This document shows, one piece after another, positions 19,178 through 28,605 of a stretch of 64,000 bases of DNA; position 1 is the stretch's first letter, and each line of letters opens with the position of its first letter. Under the pieces are notes generated by a model. That model was given only the letters and a program-made list of their open reading frames with translations. It did no database searches and was not told the origin of the DNA. This stretch comes from Candidatus Obscuribacteraceae bacterium (GTDB taxonomy: Bacteria > Cyanobacteriota > Vampirovibrionia > Obscuribacterales > Obscuribacteraceae): contig JBGAHS010000002.1 in the NCBI GenBank assembly GCA_044226015.1, positions 625,571-689,570 on the forward strand, read 5' to 3'. Position numbers and translations under genes: made by a program.

Positions 19178-20560
19178 CTAATGGGGTAAACCAAAAATGT
19201 AATAGATTAAGCAGAGAGCGGCAAGTAGATATGAACCTGGATGAATTTCTTTTGCCTTGCCCGCTATCAGCTTGAATAAAGGATACAGAATCAACCCAGC
19301 TGTCAGCCCGTTGGCGATGTTATAGCTAAAAATGATTATGATGATTGTTGCAAAAGCAGGTACCGCCTCACTCAAATCTTCCAGATCAATCTTTGAAATC
19401 GACCCAACCATCAATAAGCCCACCGCCATCAATGCGGGAGCATAAGCAAAATTCAATTTCTGGAGTGGCTCAATTAGAGGAATCATAAACAACGACACGG
19501 CAAAGCCTGCGGCAATCACTAGAGCTGCAAGCCCTGTTCTAGCACCCTCTCTGATGCCAGCGGCAGACTCAATAAAGGCACCGCTGGTAGAGCTTCCTAT
19601 AGCCGCACTGAACGTGCAAGACAGAGCATCGACAATCATAGGCTTTTCAATTTCAGGAAAATTGCCGTGTTCATCTAACATCTTTCCTGCAGACCCCACC
19701 CCTACAAGCGTTCCGAGGGTGTCTAAAAAGCCCATCAAGAAAAGAGTCATCAAAATGGGCAAATAAGACAATTTGAGAATTCCAGGAAGATCCATCTTAA
19801 AAGCGATTGCATCGAGAGTATACGCTCCTGTAAATGGCAAAGCAAAAATTGCTTTGGGAGCTGCCCCGAACCCCATGCACACTCCAATAAAAGCAGTTAG
19901 CAAGATACCAATTAAGATAGCTCCGGGAATTCGACGAACCAGAAGAGCGCAAATGAGAACGAACCCAAAGATAGCTAGCAAGACCTGAGGGTCGTGAAAG
20001 TCCCCAATCTTCACAGGAACAGCAGGACCGTTCAGTAGCCCGGTGGCGGTGTTGGTCAATGCTGCAACCGGCATTCCTTTCGCGCCACTAACTACGATAC
20101 CAGTCTCATACAGTCCAATAAAAGTCAGAAACAGCCCTATGCCTGCAGCGAAGCTCTGTTTCATGCTGTAGGATATGGCGCCAGCCAACCATGGTCGAAC
20201 CTTCAGGACTGCCAACAAGAAGAATAGCAATCCGCTAATGAACACCGCCCCTAATCGCTGCTGCCAGCTGATACCCATGGCAGCCAAGCCAAAAGCGATG
20301 AATGCATTTTCCCCCATGTAGGGCGCTACCACCAATGGCAGGTTCGCATACAAAGCCATCAGCAGCGTTCCAAAAATGCAAGTAATTATTGTTGCTATCG
20401 TGGCGGGCTCAACAGGAAATCCGGCGAAACTAAGAATTGCAGGATTCACCACGATGATATAAGCCGTGGTCATGAAGGTAGTAATTCCGCCAACTATCTC
20501 TGACTTTATGGAGCTTCCGCGCTCCTGTATCTTGAAAAACTTCTCCAGCAAATCAGTCAC
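19178..20560 (-). CDS. NCS2/AzgA family guanine-hypoxanthine permease
   Basis: EIVGGITTFMTTAYIIVVNPAIL, APYMGENAF, FLDTLGTL, FIESAAGIREGARTGL. Confidence 0.92.
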   Translation of the reverse strand: MTDLLEKFFKIQERGSSIKSEIVGGITTFMTTAYIIVVNPAILSFAGFPVEPATIATIITCIFGTLLMALYANLPLVVAPYMGENAFIAFGLAAMGISWQQRLGAVFISGLLFFLLAVLKVRPWLAGAISYSMKQSFAAGIGLFLTFIGLYETGIVVSGAKGMPVAALTNTATGLLNGPAVPVKIGDFHDPQVLLAIFGFVLICALLVRRIPGAILIGILLTAFIGVCMGFGAAPKAIFALPFTGAYTLDAIAFKMDLPGILKLSYLPILMTLFLMGFLDTLGTLVGVGSAGKMLDEHGNFPEIEKPMIVDALSCTFSAAIGSSTSGAFIESAAGIREGARTGLAALVIAAGFAVSLFMIPLIEPLQKLNFAYAPALMAVGLLMVGSISKIDLEDLSEAVPAFATIIIIIFSYNIANGLTAGLILYPLFKLIAGKAKEIHPGSYLLAALCLIYYIFGLPH

Positions 20561-20563
20561 CGT

Positions 20564-23170
20564 CTAGAGTTTATACTTCCACCAATTCAATCTGACTGAT
20601 GCTGCTGCCAGCAGAACCGCCACAGCAAATAATACCAACCCGAGAGTAAATGAGAAAGGCTCGTATCGGAAACTGACCTTATGGTCTCCCGATGCCAGAC
20701 GAACAGCTCGAAAAGCGAAGTTGGCTCGTCTTATCTCGTTTTTCTGCCCATCCACATACACACTCCAACCTGGATAATAGATGTCAGTTACAACGAGCCA
20801 GCAAGGCGACTTAGTGTTGACGGAGATGGAGAGCGAATCACCAGCATCTTCAAATGAACGGACCTTCTGGTAGACCGGCGGGAGGCAGGTTGAGCTGGCG
20901 TTATCAGCGGCTCCCTTCGCGTCAGCAGCCCCAGACTTTATGGTTCCCCTTGTGCTTTCTTCGGACTCATCAGCTCCCTTGTGGTCTCTTGCACCTGAAT
21001 TGACGTCTTCGCCTTTAGCATCTGACTCGACGGATCCGCCTTTTGCACCCGGCTCGGTTGAGTCGCTGCCTCTAGCATCGGATTCGGCAGCTCCCCCCGC
21101 TTCCTCTATGACCACGTTCTTACTCGGGTCAAAACTCTTCGCCTGTATTAACTGAAGCGCTGCGTCAGCGTTCTTACAAAAGCTTGCGTTCTCAACCAGG
21201 AAAGCCCTGGGCGCAGCATTCTGGTTTTCGAAAATCCAAATATTGTTTTTGCTTTTGTAGAATTCTCTAAATCTTTTGAGATCGCCAGCAGCATCTTCCA
21301 CTGGCTTAAGCGACAAAATGTATTTTACCGAAGCGAGGTCTAGCAAGCGCGAAAGGCGCGTATCGAAAGACTGATTGAACGTATCGGTTTTTGCCCCGCA
21401 TGCGCGGAGAAACTGCAGGAAGCGCTTCGGGAAAAGAGGATTGTGCACAGTCAAAAAGTTGACGCCATAAACTGAATTCGTTGCTGGTCTGAATACATAT
21501 TCACAAGTGGAAATCACTCGAGCAGCCGGGTCTTTCAGCTTATCAATCAGCTCTGTTTGAGGATAAAAGAACTTCGATTGAAGAGGCAAAGACAATTTCG
21601 CAACGCTTGCTTCACTGGTAAAACTCAGACCAATTGCAAAAACACAAAATAATGAAGGAAGCCAACGCTTGAATGAGAACGGTACTTTCTTTCCTAAGCA
21701 TGCAAGCAAAAGTGCGGCACTCGCAAACAAGGCAGCACAAATTGCATCGCGTCTGAGCGCAGACGTATTTAACGCCGTGGTTGGCAACATAGCGTCAAAA
21801 TCTGCGGCTTTCATAAAACTCGAATTGTGTGACACCAGGTCAACAAAAACCAAACCCACAATGGGCACCACACACAGTACCAAGAGGACCCAGCGTTTCT
21901 TCATATCAGTGCAAAGTATAGAACTCAGTACATCAAGACCCCGAGCGGCAAGACACCCAATCAACAACAGCAAAAACGGCAGCGCATAACGTGTAATTAT
22001 TGCAGTAAGCGGAGGTTTGCTAAATAGAATCACCAGAGGACCTACTTGCGAAACCAGAGCGAGACTAAAAACAGTCAAAAGCACAAGCGCAAAATCTTTA
22101 TGTCTATTGATGCTCTCTTTTGAAAGAGCAAAACCAACAAGGGGACAAAGCGCTACGGCAATTATGCCAAGATAGGGACTGGCGCCATTCTGCCCAGGAT
22201 TGAAAAGGTTGAAAAAGATTCCGTTGCACGAAACCGGAGTCGAATAGCTTGGTCCATATTTGTATGACTCACCGTTTAGCAAATATTCGGCGAAAGGAAA
22301 CAATGCCGGAGCCGAAATAGCTATGGTTGTAAGACCAGCGACTAGCAACAATTTGATGAATGAAACAAATGCCTTTGCTTTCGACTCTGACTTAGCCAAA
22401 AGCAATAAAAGCATCAACAAACTCGACAACGCAATTCCAAAAAAAGAGCATTCTGGATGCCCGCTCAAAATTGATACGCCCGACGCCACACCTGCCAGAA
22501 TAGCTGCCCCAAGGGTTGCACGCTCGGCAGCATAAGCGAATGCAAGTGCCGTCAGAGGAAACAAACAGGAAGACGCCCCAAGGTTCATCTCCATGTACCA
22601 GAGATTGTAAGGACAAAATGTATAAACCAGAGCAGCTAGAACTGAGGCAGGACGGCTAGCACCAAGCACTCTAGCGAGGAAGAATGTTGCCAGACCACAA
22701 GCCAATAGTTCGAGAATCAGATACATGTTGTACGTATACAGACTCGGTGCAAAATCAAAAATGAAGCGCAGTGGTGCAAATGCAGAAGATTGAATATCAG
22801 CGATAAATGGATACCCAAGCCCGCTGTGCGGGTTCCATAAAGGCAGTATGCCTTTGCTCAATTTTTGCGCGAGAAAGACATAATCAGGACCAAAGATTTG
22901 AACAAGGGAGGGATCATAGGCCTGCGCCTTTCCTGTCCGCATAAAATCAAAAACCGAATCCCACTCAGCCAAAACACAGAGGCGAGAGATCGACGCAGCT
23001 CGAAAAATCGGCTTAAAGAACGCTAGAACCAGAAATGCAGATATTGAAAAAACCGCCATCAGGTTTCCGTAACGCAGCCAAACGGAATTAGCGGCCACAC
23101 CGCTTTCAGAAATCACATCTTTGAGCTCAGCGACGGGCTCCATGCCTTCAGCAGGTTGAGACGAACTCAT
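20564..23170 (-). CDS. YfhO family GT-C-type membrane glycosyltransferase
   Basis: LPLWNPHSGLGYPF; many TM helices; NAAPRAF; YYPGWSVYVDG..IRRANFAFRAV..G.HKVSFRYEP. Confidence 0.88.
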   Translation of the reverse strand: MSSSQPAEGMEPVAELKDVISESGVAANSVWLRYGNLMAVFSISAFLVLAFFKPIFRAASISRLCVLAEWDSVFDFMRTGKAQAYDPSLVQIFGPDYVFLAQKLSKGILPLWNPHSGLGYPFIADIQSSAFAPLRFIFDFAPSLYTYNMYLILELLACGLATFFLARVLGASRPASVLAALVYTFCPYNLWYMEMNLGASSCLFPLTALAFAYAAERATLGAAILAGVASGVSILSGHPECSFFGIALSSLLMLLLLLAKSESKAKAFVSFIKLLLVAGLTTIAISAPALFPFAEYLLNGESYKYGPSYSTPVSCNGIFFNLFNPGQNGASPYLGIIAVALCPLVGFALSKESINRHKDFALVLLTVFSLALVSQVGPLVILFSKPPLTAIITRYALPFLLLLIGCLAARGLDVLSSILCTDMKKRWVLLVLCVVPIVGLVFVDLVSHNSSFMKAADFDAMLPTTALNTSALRRDAICAALFASAALLLACLGKKVPFSFKRWLPSLFCVFAIGLSFTSEASVAKLSLPLQSKFFYPQTELIDKLKDPAARVISTCEYVFRPATNSVYGVNFLTVHNPLFPKRFLQFLRACGAKTDTFNQSFDTRLSRLLDLASVKYILSLKPVEDAAGDLKRFREFYKSKNNIWIFENQNAAPRAFLVENASFCKNADAALQLIQAKSFDPSKNVVIEEAGGAAESDARGSDSTEPGAKGGSVESDAKGEDVNSGARDHKGADESEESTRGTIKSGAADAKGAADNASSTCLPPVYQKVRSFEDAGDSLSISVNTKSPCWLVVTDIYYPGWSVYVDGQKNEIRRANFAFRAVRLASGDHKVSFRYEPFSFTLGLVLFAVAVLLAAASVRLNWWKYKL

Positions 23171-24213
23171 AGAAGAGATGCGGTTTTTGAACCCTCGGAT
23201 AAATCTGTTTCTGTTGCATCTGCAATTGGTTCAAACTTGTCAAACTGCGCAGAAAGAACCCGGTCATCTTCAGGATAACGAACACCATTTTTGAAGAGTT
23301 CACCCACCAAATATGTTGGACGCGATCTTACTTCGTCGAGCGTTCTCGCCAAATAAACAGCGATGAGTCCCATCGCAACCATCTGAATGCCTGTCAGCAT
23401 GATAAAAGCAGCTAACAACGCAGTGTTGTCCAGTGCAAGCCCGTGACCGATGCCCGCAATCAACCAGCCTAACAAAACTAGAGCACCAAGAGCAACAACA
23501 ACTGCCCCGGCACTGGAAATCAGAAACAGTGGTGCCGAACTCAGAGCCAGCATTCCATCCATTGCCAGTTGAAGGAGTTTCTTCAACGTGTAGGTACTTT
23601 CACCGACTTCACGTGCGCCACGGTCTATCTGAATTCCAATCTGCTTAAAACCGAGCCATGGAATTTGCCCACGCAAATAGCGAGTTTTTTCCGGCAAAGA
23701 ATTCAACGCTGCAACCACACGGCGGTCTACCAGGCGAAAATCGCCAGTGTCGCGAGGAAATTGAACTGACGAGGCAGCTGCCAGCATTCGATAGTATAGA
23801 AATGCGGTAAGACGCTTAAATACTCTGTCTCTGCGGCTTGAGCGCTGAGCGTAGACAACGTCGTAGCCAGCTCTCCAGTACTTCAGCATCTCCGGAATCA
23901 ATTCCGGAGGGTCCTGCAAATCAGAGTCGATATTAACGATTGCTCGTCCATCGGCATGGTCCAACCCAGCTGAGATTGCAGCTTGTTGACCAAAATTCCT
24001 GGACAGTACTACTAGTTTTACGTTCTTTGTTTCAAGAGCAATGCGCTGCAAAGCCTTGCTGGTCTCAGCGCGGCTTCCATCGTTTACAAACACGACCTCA
24101 TAACATATGGCGAGAGGCGCCAGAACCTGACGAAGCCTATCTAGTAATCTGATTAGGTTGTCTGGGTGTTCGTTATAAACAGCCACCACAACAGACAAAT
24201 CGATGTTAGTCAT
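23167..24213 (-). CDS. GT2 polyprenol-phosphate glycosyltransferase (GtrB-like)
   Basis: SVVVAVYNE, FVNDGS, LSRNFGQQAA, IDSDLQDPPE, GDFRL and two C-terminal TM helices; start could also be 24252. Confidence 0.9.
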   Translation of the reverse strand: MTNIDLSVVVAVYNEHPDNLIRLLDRLRQVLAPLAICYEVVFVNDGSRAETSKALQRIALETKNVKLVVLSRNFGQQAAISAGLDHADGRAIVNIDSDLQDPPELIPEMLKYWRAGYDVVYAQRSSRRDRVFKRLTAFLYYRMLAAASSVQFPRDTGDFRLVDRRVVAALNSLPEKTRYLRGQIPWLGFKQIGIQIDRGAREVGESTYTLKKLLQLAMDGMLALSSAPLFLISSAGAVVVALGALVLLGWLIAGIGHGLALDNTALLAAFIMLTGIQMVAMGLIAVYLARTLDEVRSRPTYLVGELFKNGVRYPEDDRVLSAQFDKFEPIADATETDLSEGSKTASLL

Positions 24214-24381
24214 GCAAACCCATTTACTGGACGCCAGTTGATCTCTCAACAACGTTCAAATTGTCCTTCTAAACCTGCTTTGAGGTCAACCTGACAATAG
24301 CTAATCAGTTCACATCTTGATTTGCTTTAAGGCTGCTGACAAGCCCCTGTAACTCCGACTCATAGCCGCTTAAAGGCATGC

Positions 24382-25314
24382 TTAGTTCTTACTAACCTTA
24401 CAAAGCCAATCCCAAGTTTTTCTAATCCCATGCTCTAAATTTATTTCAGGTTTCCAGTTAAGACACTTTTTGGCTCGGCTTATATCAAGCACATTGGCTG
24501 GAACGTCCGCAGAGCGGGCGGGATGGTGGACGACCTCAAGTTCTCGACCTACGGCGGCTCTGATTGCCCGCACAATTTCGTTCAATGACTGTCCACCGCC
24601 AGACCCAATATTGAACACGCGCGGCTCTTTCTCGTCGGGACAATACTCTGCAGCTTTCACAAGCGCTTCGGCAGCATCACCTATATATATGTAGTCGCGG
24701 ATGACTTCTCCGTCACCCCAGATTGTTATCGGCTTGTTTTGCAGCACGTTCCCCAAAAACACAGCAATTGCGCCCTGCTTTGCCTGAGGATTTTGCAATT
24801 CGCCATAAGGGTTGGCAAGACGTGCAACCACATAATCGAGATTATGCAAATGATGGTAGAGATGCAAGTATTTCTCGATAGTCAGTTTCGTAATGCCATA
24901 TGAGCAGATTGGCTCTGTTGGATGGTCTTCATCAATAGGCAAGGTCTGTGGCACACCATATACGGTGCCACCAGAACTTATAAACACCACTTTCTTGACG
25001 CTAAACTTGCGACAAGCTTCAAGCAGCTGCAGAGTATCAATAATGTTGGAGCGAACGTCGAACATCGGGTCTTCATTCGAAGTGGCTGGCAGAGTTGTAT
25101 AGGCGAGGTGGAAGATCCAATCGATGCCCTTCACAGCCTCTTCGACTTCACCATGATTTGCGAAATCACCATAGATGTAGTTGATGCGAGGGTCAGCTTC
25201 ACGATATCTACTTGGATATCGGTCAAAGCTGGTCACCTTATGCCCGCTTCGAAGCAATGCATCTGCCAAATTGCTTCCGATGAAACCATTACCGCCGATG
25301 ATTAGCGCTTTCAT
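24382..25314 (-). CDS. NAD-dependent epimerase/dehydratase (UDP-glucose 4-epimerase-like)
   Basis: GGNGFIG, SSGGTVYG, YGITK (YxxxK), NPYG, RDYIY. Confidence 0.92.
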   Translation of the reverse strand: MKALIIGGNGFIGSNLADALLRSGHKVTSFDRYPSRYREADPRINYIYGDFANHGEVEEAVKGIDWIFHLAYTTLPATSNEDPMFDVRSNIIDTLQLLEACRKFSVKKVVFISSGGTVYGVPQTLPIDEDHPTEPICSYGITKLTIEKYLHLYHHLHNLDYVVARLANPYGELQNPQAKQGAIAVFLGNVLQNKPITIWGDGEVIRDYIYIGDAAEALVKAAEYCPDEKEPRVFNIGSGGGQSLNEIVRAIRAAVGRELEVVHHPARSADVPANVLDISRAKKCLNWKPEINLEHGIRKTWDWLCKVSKN

Positions 25315-25341
25315 TTTTACATCCGTTTCTTGCTGGCTTGA

Positions 25342-26769
25342 TTAACGGGAAATGGTATCACGACTCTGATCTGACTTCAGTGCATCTCGATATACGGACT
25401 CGATGTCATCAACCATTTGAGGAACAGTTCTCTCTGGAGCTATATTGTCTCTCATCCTCTCCAGAAGCTCAGGGTCAGCGAGCAATTGCTTCATTTGCTC
25501 GGCCAGAGAGTTTACGTTATTTAATTCGAACACAAATCCATTGAAACCATGCCTGATCAACTCGGCCATACCGCCCAAGTTAGTGACGATTAAGGGTGTC
25601 TTTGTGGCTAGTGCAGATTGAATCACAAGTGGAGTGTTTTCATACCAACGTGAAGGCACCACGAGCACATCCATATTTTGCAAGACATCACCAAGCTGTG
25701 AGTTCGGGAAAGTACCCATGAAGTGAATCTTGTCTTTGCTTGCTGAATCAGCCGCTACAAGCCTGGTAAGAGTATTACCATAGTCGCTGAATTGATTGAG
25801 GTCACCATAGATTTTTAGTTCTGCCTTGCAGTCTGCAGCTAAGCTCTGAAAAGCTTTGATGAGCAAATCAGGACCTTTGTGCTCAAACAAAGTTCCAATA
25901 AAACCAAAGCGCAGCACAGGGCTTTCTGTCTTTTTCTGAAACGGAATTAGCGGAGCACTGTCAATGCCGAAAGGTACATGCTTAATCAACTCAGCCTTGA
26001 TGCCGTTTTCAACAAAAATATCGCGCATCAAATGTGTCGGAACCATGATTGCCCTGGTTTTATTTGCGGCTTCACGCAAAACAGCAGGACGACTCACGGT
26101 GGAGGCTATAGCCTCTGGCGCTTTCGCGGAAACATAAGCTGCAAGCAGACTGCCTTCCATCATGCGCTTGAGCGGAACAGGACCAGATTCCAGAGCTGCC
26201 TCAAGAATAGGAAACTTCTGTTTCAGTTTCTCAACTAGTTCGCTTCGTGGCGGTATCAAGTGCGGTGTATAGCAAGACAGACAGTTAGTTGCCAAAGCGG
26301 AAGGACCTCTGCATACACTGCCATCAGGCTTTTTCAATTGCACAATGGGGCAAACAAACCAGAAATCAGTTGTGGAACAGACCACGGGAATAGCACGTTC
26401 TACTGCAACATCAATAATGCTGGACGATAAATTCTGAGCATGAAAAATGTGCAACAAATCAGGCTTGAATTCATCGAGCACCGACCGGAAATGCTCACCG
26501 ATAGCTGGGTGCTTGAACTCGTGCTCAAAAGTGTAACCCTGCAGGCGAAGTGATTCACCGATAGAGTGAACTTTCACGCCATCGTGTTCGTATTTTGAAA
26601 CCATCTCGCCAGTAGCATGTCGCGCATCGGTATCAGGTGGACTTGCTGTAAATACTAAAACCTCATAGTTGCGGCGCTGCAATTCCTGCGCCACCTTCAG
26701 CGTGAGCACCTCAGTGCCAGCTTTGTGTTCAGGAAAAAACTTATGAACGGTAAGTAAGACCCGTTTCAT
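25342..26769 (-). CDS. GT4 glycosyltransferase
   Basis: HKFFPEHKAGTE, FGFIGTLFEHKG, VVPSRWYENTPLVIQSA. Confidence 0.9.
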   Translation of the reverse strand: MKRVLLTVHKFFPEHKAGTEVLTLKVAQELQRRNYEVLVFTASPPDTDARHATGEMVSKYEHDGVKVHSIGESLRLQGYTFEHEFKHPAIGEHFRSVLDEFKPDLLHIFHAQNLSSSIIDVAVERAIPVVCSTTDFWFVCPIVQLKKPDGSVCRGPSALATNCLSCYTPHLIPPRSELVEKLKQKFPILEAALESGPVPLKRMMEGSLLAAYVSAKAPEAIASTVSRPAVLREAANKTRAIMVPTHLMRDIFVENGIKAELIKHVPFGIDSAPLIPFQKKTESPVLRFGFIGTLFEHKGPDLLIKAFQSLAADCKAELKIYGDLNQFSDYGNTLTRLVAADSASKDKIHFMGTFPNSQLGDVLQNMDVLVVPSRWYENTPLVIQSALATKTPLIVTNLGGMAELIRHGFNGFVFELNNVNSLAEQMKQLLADPELLERMRDNIAPERTVPQMVDDIESVYRDALKSDQSRDTISR

Positions 26770-27011
26770 TATTCGTGCCGCAATTGCCCCTCAATGGCAT
26801 CAAAATGGATATCCGCAACAATATGGCTGATATCCGCTCCAATTATAGGTGCAGCGAGGGCAATCCCCGTTTTAGCAGCGTTACATTTCTCAACTCTAAA
26901 GCCCTTTCGTGGCTGTCTAAAAGCTATCTCAAACAGATTACAAGCAGTGCAACTAAAATATGGTGTTGATCCTGAGCCGAATTTCGCGGTGTTTGTGAAG
27001 GAAAACTTAGA

Positions 27012-28580
27012 GTGCGCATCTGTCTTATTTCCAGAGAATATCCCCCCGAAACAGGTTTCGGAGGCATTGCGACGTTTGTGCGACACCTGGCACATGGTCT
27101 CAAGGAAATAGGACATGACGTCGAAGTGGTGGCTCTAGCAAAAGAGCACGAACGGCTCGTCGATGACAACGGCATCAATGTACATCGCGTTCTGCCTTAT
27201 CAACTCGAAGGCGAACTCGATGCTGTAAACAGGTGTATGCCGTACAGCCGATATGTGATGCTGACCACGCTTGCACTCTGGAGAAAATTCTTTGAATTGC
27301 ATCAGGCAAAGCCTTTTGATGTGGTTGAGACTCCTGAGTTATTAGCAGAGTCGCTATACGCTTCGGTACTACGCATAGTACCACTCGTAATTCGACTGTA
27401 CACACCTCACAGCAAATTCATGGCTGAGAATCTGCACAATACAGCCGCCACATTCGACCATATGTTCCTTGCGTCGCTTGAGCGAGTCGCTATGGCAGGG
27501 GCAGATGTGCTCACATCGCCAAGTAAGGACTTAGCGTCATTTGTCTCGCAAGATTTGCCTTGCCCAGTTGAAAACATAAAGATAATTCCCAACCCGATCG
27601 ACCCAGACGAATTCTCACCGGAAGGTGAACGAGCTATCGAGCCCGAAGGCAAAAATACAGTGTTGTTCGTGGGCAGACTGGAAGAGCGCAAAGGCGTAAA
27701 TTATCTTGTGCAGGCTATTCCTGCGGTGCTCAAAGAATGCCCCGATACTCGTTTTGTGATTATCGGAGATGACACCATGTATGCTGCCGGCGGCTTGCGC
27801 TCGGTGCTGGAAGACCTCAAAAAGACACTTGCAGAAAATTCCTGCCAGCACGCTGTCACCTTCATCAACCGCATTCCACTTGCAGATCTACCAAAGTACT
27901 ACCGTTCGGCAGACATCAGCGTAGTACCTTCGTTATACGACAATTCACCGTACACCTGCCTCGAAGCTATGGCTTGTGGACGAGCTGTCATTGGCACCTC
28001 AGCTGGTGGCACGAAAGAGTATATCGAAGATGGAGAATCAGGAATGATTGTTCCACCGAAAGACCCACAAGCTATCGCTGAGGCAATCATTAAGCTGCTC
28101 AAAGAACCAGGTTACAGACAGTATTTGAGTGAAAACGCTAGAAAACAAGTTCTGCAAAAATTTCAGCGCAAGAAAATCGCGGCAGACACTACCGAACTAT
28201 ACGAGCTTGCCATTTCGCGACATGCAACGAACCACAAGTCTCTATACTTGAGACCTCCAGATCAGCTCGTTCCAGATGCAGCGGTAATGTTATACGCACT
28301 AGACCGTATGATCTACAGCTTGATGTTCCAGGAGTCATATCGATTCAGACTCTCACATAGACTTCATTACATGATGCATCGACCACGGCTATTTGCCGCA
28401 AAATTATTGCTTACTGCAATTCGCCCCATCTCTTCGCTGATATATCCTCGAAAAGACAAGGTCCTCAAAATTCAAACCTGGCTTGAGAGCCAGGTTCAAG
28501 CAAGACAGGAAGACCCCTTTGCAAAAGTCCTGGAGTATGCGCGTTCAACCGAGCGCACGCCTCAGAACATGACAAAATAG
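27012..28580 (+). CDS. GT4 glycosyltransferase
   Basis: ICLISREYPP, FVGRLEERKG, PSLYDNSPYTCLEAMACG; GTG start after AAGGA. Confidence 0.9.
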   Translation: MRICLISREYPPETGFGGIATFVRHLAHGLKEIGHDVEVVALAKEHERLVDDNGINVHRVLPYQLEGELDAVNRCMPYSRYVMLTTLALWRKFFELHQAKPFDVVETPELLAESLYASVLRIVPLVIRLYTPHSKFMAENLHNTAATFDHMFLASLERVAMAGADVLTSPSKDLASFVSQDLPCPVENIKIIPNPIDPDEFSPEGERAIEPEGKNTVLFVGRLEERKGVNYLVQAIPAVLKECPDTRFVIIGDDTMYAAGGLRSVLEDLKKTLAENSCQHAVTFINRIPLADLPKYYRSADISVVPSLYDNSPYTCLEAMACGRAVIGTSAGGTKEYIEDGESGMIVPPKDPQAIAEAIIKLLKEPGYRQYLSENARKQVLQKFQRKKIAADTTELYELAISRHATNHKSLYLRPPDQLVPDAAVMLYALDRMIYSLMFQESYRFRLSHRLHYMMHRPRLFAAKLLLTAIRPISSLIYPRKDKVLKIQTWLESQVQARQEDPFAKVLEYARSTERTPQNMTK

Positions 28581-28605
28581 TACGATCAGGTGAAACGAGC
28601 AAACT

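Noticed and set aside
26769..27178. Short ORFs between the divergent GT4 genes
   Set aside because: They overlap the GT4 start, have no recognisable motifs, and the region is more simply a divergent promoter
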